Source of the DNA: Silvanigrellaceae bacterium
Lineage (GTDB): Bacteria; Bdellovibrionota_B; Oligoflexia; Silvanigrellales; Silvanigrellaceae
Length of the DNA: 45,399 bases
Assembly (NCBI GenBank): GCA_049423385.1
Contig: JBMSQQ010000017.1
Location: 1-45,399, forward strand
Reading direction: 5' to 3'
The translations under genes were made by a program, and so were the position numbers. Positions 16,798 through 25,664 of the stretch are shown here, one piece after another. The notes beneath the pieces are model-generated. The model worked only from the letters and a program-made list of their open reading frames with translations, had not been told where the DNA came from and made no database searches. Positions within the stretch are counted from its first letter, which is position 1; each line of letters begins with the position of its first letter.

Positions 16798-16824
16798 GCC
16801 CGGATGAGTCCGGGCCTTTTTTTT
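16798..16824 (+). terminator. Rho-independent terminator
   Basis: gcccgga-tgag-tccgggc followed by T8. Confidence 0.85.
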
Positions 16825-16971
16825 GCCCTTGTTCCAGCAGATCCAAAACCATTCGGAATGAATTGAAGTGACCAAAATGCACAGGTTTTGTTTGAAATTG
16901 CGTATACAAATATACAAACAAATTTAATTTTATGACTACCTAAGTTACTGATTAGAAACAATTTAAAGTTC

Positions 16972-16998
16972 TAAAGTTATATAAAAATAATCCGAAAA
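16972..16998 (+). promoter_or_regulatory. sigma28 (FliA)-type promoter
   Basis: TAAA-N15-TCCGAAAA with extended -35 TAAAGTT, 25 nt upstream of ATG 17024. Confidence 0.7.
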
Positions 16999-17023
16999 GA
17001 ATCGCATAACAACGGGGGAAACA

Positions 17024-19009
17024 ATGAAGAACAGTTTGTTTTTGCCATCTCTGATGATCGTTTCACTGGGACTCGGTGGCTGCGGCTTTGGAAAAACCGT
17101 CTCCGATTATAGTCCCACAGCCAAAACGCCTACCCCCTCGGATCCCAATTATCCCAACAATCTTTGCGCACCGCTGCTGAAGGAACGTTCTGAACCTCTC
17201 TCACTCACCTACAATTCGTGTGGTGAAATCGAATCCGACCTGAAGGATGTTCAGGCATTCAACTCGTGTGTGCAGGATGAATGGAACAAGATTTGGTCTG
17301 CGCGTTCCAAAGCGAAAAATGGAGTGCAAGGCTCAGTTGCAAAAGCGTCGGCCTCTGCGGATTCTGCAACTTCCTCCGGAGCCTCGAAAGGGGAACTCCT
17401 CACAAACCTGCGCGAAGCAGGGGTGGATGAAGCAGACGTCGTGAAGGTTTCGGCCGATCAGATTTTTGTTGCGTCCTCGGCCAGCGCAATCCAGGTCATT
17501 GAGCGCTCAAACAAAAAGGTCATTGGAACTTTGTCGCTGGAAAGCCTCAAGACTTCTTCGGCCGTTTCGAATTCTCTCCTGTCCGGCAACAGCTATCTGT
17601 ACAATTCGCAAAAGCCCTTGATGTTTGTCACGGCCGATCGCTTGATTGTCCTGAGCGGAAACAGTTTGCGCACCTACAAGACCGCTGCCGGGCAAATGCC
17701 GGTTTTTCTGCAGTCGAAGGTTTTGGATGGCTCCATTTCCGAGGCGCGCCTTGTGGGCGAGCGTCTTGTGGTTGCAAGCGTGAATCAACAGGATTGGTCG
17801 GCGGACCGCCGCTGGGGCCGCAAGGAGATCAATTGTCGTTCCGTATTGCGCCCTGTGAGCAAGACCGACCTTGAAAGCAGGTCGGTGACCCGATTGAACA
17901 GCATGTCTGTTCGCGACTTGACGGATTCCGTCGAAACGAGTCATCCGGGGCATTTTTCACTCTATATGACGCACCAGAGCATTTATCTCTACGGCGCCAA
18001 TCATTTCTCATGGAACGGTTGGGGCGAAGGGGCATCGATTCGCAAGATTTCACTCGACTCCTCGGGTCGCATGGGCAATGCGATTCGTGGGCGAACCAAA
18101 GGCCGCATCAAGGATGTTTGGGCATTGTCGGAGTTGGAGGGTGGCGAGCTTGCCGTCGCCACCAGCACCGGGTCCATCGGAGACGATTCGGCACGAAACC
18201 ATTTTGAAGTTTTTGCAGAGCGTGATCTGCGCCTCGATAAAATTGGCGAGACAGAAGACTATGGTGCCAAGGAAGACATTCGTTCTGTGCGCTTTGTTGG
18301 AAAGATGGCGTATGTTGTGACCTTCAAAAAGACCGACCCGCTTTATGCGATTGATGTTTCGCGTCCTTCCGAACCGAGAATATTGGGTGAATTGAAGATC
18401 CCCGGTTTTTCGACCTACATGCATCCCTTGTCGGCGGAACGCCTGATTGGATTGGGTTTCGATGCCACGGATCAAGGTGATTTTGCCTTCTACCAGGGAT
18501 TGCAGGTGTCCCTGTTCGACACCCGTGATCCGATGAAAATGTCGCGCAAGGATGTGCGGATTCTGGGATTGCGCGGAACCTCGTCGGCAGCGACAAACGA
18601 TCACAAGGCGTTCTACATGGATCAAGTTGAGCAGGTGATTGCCTTTCCCGTGACTGAACTGAACAAATGCCAGGATGGATACGCATGCCAGTCGACACCT
18701 TCTGCCGCGCAGCAATTGGCACTCGGCAGGCCGCTTTTTTCTGGTGCGGTTTTCTACACGGTCTCTCCCGATACCTTGGGTGATGAAAGGCGCGTGACCC
18801 ACACGGACCTCATGTCGGAGAGTTGCAGGAATCGCATTCAACCTCATGCAGTCTGGTGGTCAAACTCCGAGCCGACACCTGACATTCAGAGAATCTTCAA
18901 GCTTGCAGGTGAGATTGTCACGGTCTCGCAGGGCGCACTGAAGACGTTCCGAATGGGGGCCGAACTTGAGCAGACCGGCAGCGCGCGCTGGGCATCCGAC
19001 TGCGATTAA
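17024..19009 (+). CDS. Beta-propeller domain lipoprotein (Beta_propel family)
   Basis: Lipobox LGG-C; TNLREAGVDEADVVK; EDIRSVRFVGKMAYVVTFKKTDPLYAIDVS..GELKIPGFSTYMHP. Confidence 0.88.
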   Translation: MKNSLFLPSLMIVSLGLGGCGFGKTVSDYSPTAKTPTPSDPNYPNNLCAPLLKERSEPLSLTYNSCGEIESDLKDVQAFNSCVQDEWNKIWSARSKAKNGVQGSVAKASASADSATSSGASKGELLTNLREAGVDEADVVKVSADQIFVASSASAIQVIERSNKKVIGTLSLESLKTSSAVSNSLLSGNSYLYNSQKPLMFVTADRLIVLSGNSLRTYKTAAGQMPVFLQSKVLDGSISEARLVGERLVVASVNQQDWSADRRWGRKEINCRSVLRPVSKTDLESRSVTRLNSMSVRDLTDSVETSHPGHFSLYMTHQSIYLYGANHFSWNGWGEGASIRKISLDSSGRMGNAIRGRTKGRIKDVWALSELEGGELAVATSTGSIGDDSARNHFEVFAERDLRLDKIGETEDYGAKEDIRSVRFVGKMAYVVTFKKTDPLYAIDVSRPSEPRILGELKIPGFSTYMHPLSAERLIGLGFDATDQGDFAFYQGLQVSLFDTRDPMKMSRKDVRILGLRGTSSAATNDHKAFYMDQVEQVIAFPVTELNKCQDGYACQSTPSAAQQLALGRPLFSGAVFYTVSPDTLGDERRVTHTDLMSESCRNRIQPHAVWWSNSEPTPDIQRIFKLAGEIVTVSQGALKTFRMGAELEQTGSARWASDCD

Positions 19010-19023
19010 CTCTTGCGGGTGAG

Positions 19024-20286
19024 TCAGGGAGTCGCCGGAGGAATGTACTTTACCCTCACCCGCACGATGCCTGAATTGTTCGGAGTTGGAAAAACCGGAG
19101 TTGAACTGGTGTCATCGGGGTAATTGTGGATCACGATGCGGAATCCTGGAGTCGAGAGCTCGGGTGTACTTATGGCGGGTTCAAAAAGGAACTTTGCATT
19201 CAGGTTGATCAACCTGGAGTCGATTCTGCTCAGGAATATGGTGTCATGGTAGAGGCTGTTGCCAACCGAAATGCAATCCGTCTTTCCAAACGGACACCAA
19301 ACCTGACTTTCGCCAATATTCGACTGATCGGCACTGCTCATGCTTTCCGACAAGTTTCTGAACATAAAGCGCCAGATCATTGCCAACGGGGACAAACCAA
19401 AGGTCAGCTCCGTTGGCTTGATGTTCGTAAAGACTCCATGCTCGCGTGCCAACGTGGCAGCATATCGACGCGTGAGAACGTTTGAAGGTGAGGGCCAGTC
19501 GAATCGGAGGTCATCCAAAAACTCAAGTCCGCAAAAAACACTTGTCGGGTCGATATTTCCTGTTTCGGGGCGACTCCAAAATATGGCTTTTCTTGCGTCC
19601 TGCTGGTTTTTGAAGAATTTCAGTGTGACGTCTTCGCGAGTGACAACCGCTGAAGACTCGCAGAGCTGATTTTGAACTGCATATGCGTTCAAACGGGGTT
19701 GAAAAACGGTTGATTCGGCAATCGATGTGCCGTTCATTTGCAGATTGGCGATTGACACCCGAACGGGATATTTTCTCATGTCGGAGATTTCGGCGGTTGG
19801 CACCTCAAAGTGCAATCCAACAGGGTTGCCTTTCGAGATTCTCCATCTCTGGGGATCCGTGCCCTTGAAAGCTGAAATGGCTGCCACTTCGACGTCTCTG
19901 TCACTTGTGGCGCTCTTGATCGCGATCTTGTTTGATTTGAACTCCGACTCAGTCGAAGAGTCCGACTCGATTTCGCAGTGGATTCCCCTGGTCTCGGAAG
20001 CTCGGCCAGGAGAATCGAGATCGATGCAGGTGGTGGTCAAGTTCGAGCCTGCGACCTCGATCGTAGGAATCTCTCGTTCATCCACAAACTTTTTGTTTTC
20101 TTGAGGCTGTGGTGTTCCTGTTTGGCCAGAAGGCGCACTTGAGTTCGGAGCAGGATTTTTTCCGAGGATTCCCTGAAAAGTTCCGATGCCCGAACAGGAA
20201 AACAATGGCAACATCAGCGCAACGGGCGCAATCGACCGTGTCATCTTGAAAAAACGAACCCTGGACAATCTGCGCGTAGTCATCAT
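19024..20286 (-). CDS. Hypothetical lipoprotein
   Basis: 420-aa ORF with signal peptide ending LFS-C and a Pro/Gln/Ser tether. Confidence 0.75.
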   Translation of the reverse strand: MMTTRRLSRVRFFKMTRSIAPVALMLPLFSCSGIGTFQGILGKNPAPNSSAPSGQTGTPQPQENKKFVDEREIPTIEVAGSNLTTTCIDLDSPGRASETRGIHCEIESDSSTESEFKSNKIAIKSATSDRDVEVAAISAFKGTDPQRWRISKGNPVGLHFEVPTAEISDMRKYPVRVSIANLQMNGTSIAESTVFQPRLNAYAVQNQLCESSAVVTREDVTLKFFKNQQDARKAIFWSRPETGNIDPTSVFCGLEFLDDLRFDWPSPSNVLTRRYAATLAREHGVFTNIKPTELTFGLSPLAMIWRFMFRNLSESMSSADQSNIGESQVWCPFGKTDCISVGNSLYHDTIFLSRIDSRLINLNAKFLFEPAISTPELSTPGFRIVIHNYPDDTSSTPVFPTPNNSGIVRVRVKYIPPATP

Positions 20287-20403
20287 CAGGCCCCCGAATT
20301 ACCTTCTTTGGTTCGGAACACTTCGAAATCGACCTGAGAATAAAAGTGCCTACGGCTGCAACTCGCCGAAATAAAAAGAAAATATCCAATAGTCTTTGCT
20401 GCG

Positions 20404-20913
20404 TCAGTTCGGGACGCTCACCAAAAGTGTCAACTTCACCTTGTCGCTGATGTCCTGGCCTGTGATGGTGACTGCTGCGTTGCAGCTCTTGCCGGCAGCA
20501 TTGGTGAATTTGAAGCTGTATTGCCCGGCGGGCATTGAGGTTGCGGTGAACGACAAATCTTGTGCGGGAACTTCGACACCCGTCGACGGATTTTTCCAAA
20601 CGAGGGATTCGCTCGTGGCAGGATCGGCATCATAAACCTCAATGATGGCACCACTCTTGCCCGAGCTGTTGAGGCTTCCTTTGCTCACGGTCAGATTGCA
20701 ATTCAAAATCACCGGGAGTGAGGTCGTATTATCCGCCGGTGCATTGCTGCTCTCGCCAGCCGAAGACCTCTTTGAATCCGGAGTGCCTGGTTCGGGGTCA
20801 GGATTTCCGGGATTTTCAACTTCAAATCCGCAGCCGTTCAGTGCGCCAATTGCACAGATGATTTGGAAGACAGCAAGTGAAGGTGATGAAAGGAACCAGG
20901 TCTTTTTTTTCAT
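20404..20913 (-). CDS. Hypothetical lipoprotein
   Basis: LNG-C lipobox followed by GFEVENPGNP; ATGA overlap with the upstream TIGR02147 gene. Confidence 0.78.
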   Translation of the reverse strand: MKKKTWFLSSPSLAVFQIICAIGALNGCGFEVENPGNPDPEPGTPDSKRSSAGESSNAPADNTTSLPVILNCNLTVSKGSLNSSGKSGAIIEVYDADPATSESLVWKNPSTGVEVPAQDLSFTATSMPAGQYSFKFTNAAGKSCNAAVTITGQDISDKVKLTLLVSVPN

Positions 20914-21782
20914 TTGCCGTTCCCCGTCACTGGAAAGAGCTGCATGTTCAATTGAAAAATGTCTGCGTCGGCTGTGTTGGTGTCGCTCAGTGCAACAATT
21001 TTTCTGCGCGCCTCGCGGAGAATATTCTTGATTTCCGGAATCTGCTCTGCGCTCAATTTGACTGTCAGGGCACTGAGGTCGCGTTCCGCGGCATCAACTT
21101 CACTGAGACTGCGTTCGCTGAGCTGCAGCATCTCCTGGTGGTATTTGTGTATGGCCAGATTGTTTACACCTTCGGGCACGCGAATGTGCGAATGGGTCAG
21201 TCGATGCTGGTTGTCCTGCACGACCTCAACGTAGCCGAGGCGAATCTGGAGTTCGAGACTCTGTTTGGCCTGATCCGGTGTGATTCTCGGCCGAACGCGC
21301 TGACAAATCCACTTTGGATCCGGCGAGAAATCGGAACGCGCGATGAGTTCGCGGACCACTGGATGAAACCATCGCCCGAAAAATTCCATCTCATCCCGTG
21401 TCAGATCATTTCCCAATGTTTTTTGTCTGACTTCAAAGGCTTTTTTGATTCCCTCGGCACGTTGTGCATTGTGGCGTCCGGCTGTGTGTTCAACGAGGGA
21501 AAGGAACCAGGTGCGTCGTTCGTTGTGCAGGCCAAGATGAGATGCCACCTGTTGTGCACTTCGGAGTGACAACTGGCGTTTGTGTGTACAAATCAGGTGC
21601 AAATAGTTCGTTTCACCAAAACCCAGGTCACGGGAAAACGCGCGATACGAATACCGCGGAAGTTGCTTTTTGAGTTCCTCGTAGGCATGTGAAAGCAGGT
21701 CTTGCACGGATAGAAACGCGAAGACGTCGATCTCGTCGACGATTTCCTTGAGACTTTTTGTCTTGGGCTTGCGTTCCATCAT
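20910..21782 (-). CDS. TIGR02147 / DUF4423 family protein (putative HTH regulator)
   Basis: YSYRAFSRDLGF, WFHPVVRELI, IHKYHQEML, ERDLSALTV, IFQLNMQLFP. Confidence 0.88.
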   Translation of the reverse strand: MMERKPKTKSLKEIVDEIDVFAFLSVQDLLSHAYEELKKQLPRYSYRAFSRDLGFGETNYLHLICTHKRQLSLRSAQQVASHLGLHNERRTWFLSLVEHTAGRHNAQRAEGIKKAFEVRQKTLGNDLTRDEMEFFGRWFHPVVRELIARSDFSPDPKWICQRVRPRITPDQAKQSLELQIRLGYVEVVQDNQHRLTHSHIRVPEGVNNLAIHKYHQEMLQLSERSLSEVDAAERDLSALTVKLSAEQIPEIKNILREARRKIVALSDTNTADADIFQLNMQLFPVTGNGK

Positions 21783-21968
21783 GTGTTCAACCTTCCTCTC
21801 TGCTCATCGGAGTTTCGGGAAAAATATACAGTCCCGCTTAGCCAAATTATTGTGATTTGATGAAAGTGCCTGATTTTAAATCGTTATTTTGGTGTGCTTG
21901 TCTACCAAATTGAAATCCAAGGCAACAGTTTGCTTTTTGAATCAACGAGGCGCGTTTGTCTGCGATCC

Positions 21969-21984
21969 TGGCATGGCAATTGCA
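21969..21984 (+). promoter_or_regulatory. sigma54 -24/-12 promoter
   Basis: TGGCATGGCAATTGCA (GG-N10-GC), about 56 nt upstream of ATG 22041. Confidence 0.75.
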
Positions 21985-22040
21985 AAGCGTGTCTCGCGAC
22001 GCGACATTTGCACAACTCCTTTTTTGGAGAGAATTTCATC

Positions 22041-23033
22041 ATGAAAGACCTGTTTTTACGGTCTTTGATTGCTGCTTCGTTGGCGACATTGGTTGGCTGC
22101 GGAATTTCCAGAAATGATTCTCCACTGTCCACGGATTCAACAGTTGCGTCGACATCCGAGGCATGCCGTTTTTTGGGCGATGCCTATGAGTCCAAGGTTG
22201 TCCTTCCAAAAGGCAGCCACAAAGGGGAGTGTGCCGACACGACCACCGCGAGATCGGTGATTCGAATTCTCGACGATTTTCCAAAAAACTCAGATCGCCT
22301 TCTGGTTGCAAATGTTTCCCATGCGGGAAGTTTCTGGATTGCGGATTTTCCTCGGGACGGGGTGGAGGAAGTTCTTTTTCAAATGGAGCGTTTTCCTGCA
22401 ATCGTACCGGCAGCTCACACCCAGATTCGATTGCGTTTCAAGGAAAACTCTCAGGTTATTTTGAAAAACCAGTTGAATCCGGAGAAACAAGTCACACTCC
22501 GTGATTTTGTCTTGAGTGCCGAGGCGTTGGGACAGAAAGGCTGGTCGTTTGATTTGATGAAGGGAATGAAGGGCGAATATTTGATCAACTACCGCATCAC
22601 CTCCTTGAGCGACAAATTCGACTGGATGATTGTCAAACAAAAGCACCAGGTGATTCAGTGGCCATTGAAGCTTTCTGCAGAAGACAAACAAAAAATTCTT
22701 CCGGCGTATCTTGCATTGGCAAACAAGGAAGGAATGAACAAACTTTATCACACCCTTTCAAAGAACTGCACGAATGAACTGTTCCGGGTGATGGATTCTA
22801 CCCTCCGTTACGGCGCGTTGAGTGTGCTGCCCATCAATCTCAATCCATTCGACGAGATGTATCCGGTTTTGGTCAAGAGTGCTCTGGATGCTCGTGGGCT
22901 TATCCAATATGTGGACAATCCGGCGGCCTATCCGCCGAACAGACCGCTCGACAAGACAACCCACGTTCCCGACAGGTTTGATGTCCGATGGCCCAATCTC
23001 GAGGTTGATCCAACCGCGGTGGGTGCGCCCTGA
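22041..23033 (+). CDS. DUF4105 (Lnb N-terminal-like, permuted papain fold) lipoprotein, paralogue 1
   Basis: Lipobox LVG-C; AAHTQIR, LSAEA, YHTLSKNCTNE; GGAGAG RBS. Confidence 0.7.
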   Translation: MKDLFLRSLIAASLATLVGCGISRNDSPLSTDSTVASTSEACRFLGDAYESKVVLPKGSHKGECADTTTARSVIRILDDFPKNSDRLLVANVSHAGSFWIADFPRDGVEEVLFQMERFPAIVPAAHTQIRLRFKENSQVILKNQLNPEKQVTLRDFVLSAEALGQKGWSFDLMKGMKGEYLINYRITSLSDKFDWMIVKQKHQVIQWPLKLSAEDKQKILPAYLALANKEGMNKLYHTLSKNCTNELFRVMDSTLRYGALSVLPINLNPFDEMYPVLVKSALDARGLIQYVDNPAAYPPNRPLDKTTHVPDRFDVRWPNLEVDPTAVGAP

Positions 23034-23132
23034 TCGTCGTCAGGGGCGCAGTCGTCAAATCCTTTGTCATGCTTGTTTTGCTTGCTGTGAAAATATCCTC
23101 TGTGGTTCTTGTGCTTTGACCATGCGAGAGGT

Positions 23133-23148
23133 TGGCATGGCGATTGCT
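23133..23148 (+). promoter_or_regulatory. sigma54 -24/-12 promoter
   Basis: TGGCATGGCGATTGCT (GG-N10-GC), about 60 nt upstream of ATG 23209. Confidence 0.75.
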
Positions 23149-23208
23149 GGTTCGCGATTGTGACGGGACCACGGGGACTTGAAACGCCGTTCATTCGAAG
23201 GAGTCAAT

Positions 23209-24141
23209 ATGAAACGCTCACTGACCTTGGCTGCTCTTGTGCTTATGGCTGCTTGCAAGATGCCGGTTGTCAAGAATGGCTCTGGTTTGGCCTCCCTCGG
23301 TGGACCCGATTGTATTTTCGATTCCCAGGATCCGTTTGAACCGCACAGCCGTTTGCCCAAAGGCGACAATGCGGGACAATGTTATGACACCCGCAAGGCT
23401 CGCTCACTTGTGCGACTGACGGAAGAACAAGCGCAAAAGTACGGGGGTGCCGCAAAAGATGTCTTGGCGGTTGCCAATATCTCGCACAAAGGCAAATATT
23501 ACGTTGGCCATATTCCCTTGGCTGGCCTGAAGGCCGCCATTTTCCACCTCGAATATTTCCCAGCTGTTGTTCCCGCTGGTCACACCCAATTGCGGTTGCA
23601 ATTCGATGAGAAATTGCCGGTGACCTTGGTTTCCCAATCCAAGGCTGATCCCACCACTGTCGTTCGTGTCACCGACCTCGTGATGAGTGTCGAGGCTTTG
23701 GGCCAACCCGGTTACCAGTACGACATTTTCAAGGGAATGGATGACCAGTTTGGTGCGGTGTATCGCCTGACCACGCTCGAAGAAAAATACGATCACATGA
23801 TCCGAAAGCAGAACCACCGGGTTGAACAATGGAAATTGAACATGAATGCGGATGAGATTCGGACTGCGCTCGAGAAATATGTTGCCAAAAGTGAAGAGCG
23901 TGGAATGAACTCCATGTATCACACCATAAAGCTCAACTGCACAAACGAGATCATGGCTGCAATCGACGATGGAATGGACTACTCCCTGCGTGAGAAGTTC
24001 GGAAAATTCACGGCCAAGACGACCGACTTTTACCCGAACGTGATCCGTATCTCCCTCATCAAGCGTGGATTGCTGCCGCTGGGCAAGGGCAACGATCTTG
24101 AGGAACTTGCGAACGACCCTGTTGCTGCCAAGTTCAAGTGA
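23209..24141 (+). CDS. DUF4105-like lipoprotein, paralogue 2
   Basis: Lipobox MAA-C; AGHTQLR, MSVEA, YHTIKLNCTNE; colinear with 22041..23033; AAGGAG RBS. Confidence 0.7.
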   Translation: MKRSLTLAALVLMAACKMPVVKNGSGLASLGGPDCIFDSQDPFEPHSRLPKGDNAGQCYDTRKARSLVRLTEEQAQKYGGAAKDVLAVANISHKGKYYVGHIPLAGLKAAIFHLEYFPAVVPAGHTQLRLQFDEKLPVTLVSQSKADPTTVVRVTDLVMSVEALGQPGYQYDIFKGMDDQFGAVYRLTTLEEKYDHMIRKQNHRVEQWKLNMNADEIRTALEKYVAKSEERGMNSMYHTIKLNCTNEIMAAIDDGMDYSLREKFGKFTAKTTDFYPNVIRISLIKRGLLPLGKGNDLEELANDPVAAKFK

Positions 24142-24165
24142 TCCTGCATTGGTGTTTCCTGAACG

Positions 24166-24195
24166 AAACGGTGGGTTGGCCCACCGTTTTTTTTT
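24166..24195 (+). terminator. Rho-independent terminator
   Basis: aaacggtggg-ttgg-cccaccgttt followed by a T-run. Confidence 0.85.
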
Positions 24196-24245
24196 GCGCC
24201 GGAAAATCTGTGCGGCTGAATGTTCTGGTTCCGCAACCGGATTCT

Positions 24246-25646
24246 TCAGTTTCCGTACCTGAGTTCCTTGATGTTCTCGATCGGATAGAGCTGCAGGTCC
24301 TGTGTGTTTCCCTCACTCTTTTGCATTTCGAGGAGGGCTTGTTTTTCCATCTGGAAACTTCGTCGCGGGAGATAGACTCTTTCGAACCCCAATTTCATTG
24401 CTTCCTGAACCCGGCCCACAGGGTTGGTTGTGGCTCGAATTTCGCCGCTCAATCCAACTTCACCAAAAAAAGCGACACGTCCCTGCCACGGTGTTTCAAT
24501 CACACTTGAAAGCACGCTTGCTGCAACCGCCAGATCACTCGCCGGTTCCGTCAGCCGCAAACCACCCGCCACGTTGGCATAGATGTCGAGCAAGCCAAGG
24601 GAAATTCCGGCACGACGCTCGAGCACCGCAAGGAGAATTGCAAAGCGGTTCGGGTCGAGTCCAGTCACAGTCCTCCGTGGTGTGGCGAGAGTCGACTTGC
24701 CCACCAGCGATTGAATTTCCACCAGCAATGGTCGCGTGCCTTCCATGCTGACAGCCACTGCAGAACCCTCAATTCCAGACTTGAGGCTTTCGAGAAAAAG
24801 CGCACTTGGGTTTGCTACATCGGAAAGGCCATTGGCCTGCATGGAAAAAACACCCACCTCGCCCGTCGACCCGAAGCGATTTTTGAGGCTGCGCAACAAT
24901 CGAAACCCGGTTGCTGCGTCGCCTTCCAGGTGCATGACCGTATCGACGAGATGCTCGAGAACCCTGGGACCGGCGATGGCACCTTCCTTGGTGACGTGTC
25001 CCACCACCCAGGTTGTGATGCCATGCATTTTGGCGACATCCATCAGGCGGGCGGTGCATTCACGCACCTGCGTGACACTGCCAGGGCTGCTCGGATAATC
25101 AGGATGTGCCACGGTCTGGATGGAGTCCACAACAAGAACGTGAGGTTTGAGATGAAGAGCCTGTGCGACAATGGTCGAAAGATCGGTCTCATTGAACAGA
25201 AGAATGTTTGGATGAACGGTTTTAAGTCTGTCGGCACGCAGTTTGATCTGTTCGCGGCTTTCCTCGCCGCTGGCATACAAAACGTTGTATCCACGTGACG
25301 CCAGACCATAGAGGGCTTGCAGGAGCAGGGTCGATTTTCCAACGCCTGGGTCGCCGCTGATGAGCACAAGGCTTCCAGGCACCAGACCTCCGCCCAAAAC
25401 CCGATCCAGTTCTGGCAGTCCACAATAAATCCGCGGGACCGTTTCGCGCTGAACCTCGGTGATTGGAGTTGGTTTTTCCGTTGGACGTCCGGCCTGTGTT
25501 TCGGGGCGCACGGAGCTGCTTTTTTCGCTGCTCACTTCCTCTGAAAATGAGTTCCATGCGCTGCAATCCGGACAGCGTCCCATCCATTTGGGTTGCTGCG
25601 AGCCGCATTGCCCACAAACGTAGATCGTCTTTTTGGAAGATTTCAT
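24246..25646 (-). CDS. radA: DNA repair protein RadA/Sms
   Basis: CxxC-x10-CxxC zinc finger, GDPGVGKST, KNRFG, EGTRPLLVEIQ, GEVGLSGEIR. Confidence 0.97.
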   Translation of the reverse strand: MKSSKKTIYVCGQCGSQQPKWMGRCPDCSAWNSFSEEVSSEKSSSVRPETQAGRPTEKPTPITEVQRETVPRIYCGLPELDRVLGGGLVPGSLVLISGDPGVGKSTLLLQALYGLASRGYNVLYASGEESREQIKLRADRLKTVHPNILLFNETDLSTIVAQALHLKPHVLVVDSIQTVAHPDYPSSPGSVTQVRECTARLMDVAKMHGITTWVVGHVTKEGAIAGPRVLEHLVDTVMHLEGDAATGFRLLRSLKNRFGSTGEVGVFSMQANGLSDVANPSALFLESLKSGIEGSAVAVSMEGTRPLLVEIQSLVGKSTLATPRRTVTGLDPNRFAILLAVLERRAGISLGLLDIYANVAGGLRLTEPASDLAVAASVLSSVIETPWQGRVAFFGEVGLSGEIRATTNPVGRVQEAMKLGFERVYLPRRSFQMEKQALLEMQKSEGNTQDLQLYPIENIKELRYGN

Positions 25647-25664
25647 CGAAGCAGTCCCCGGGCT

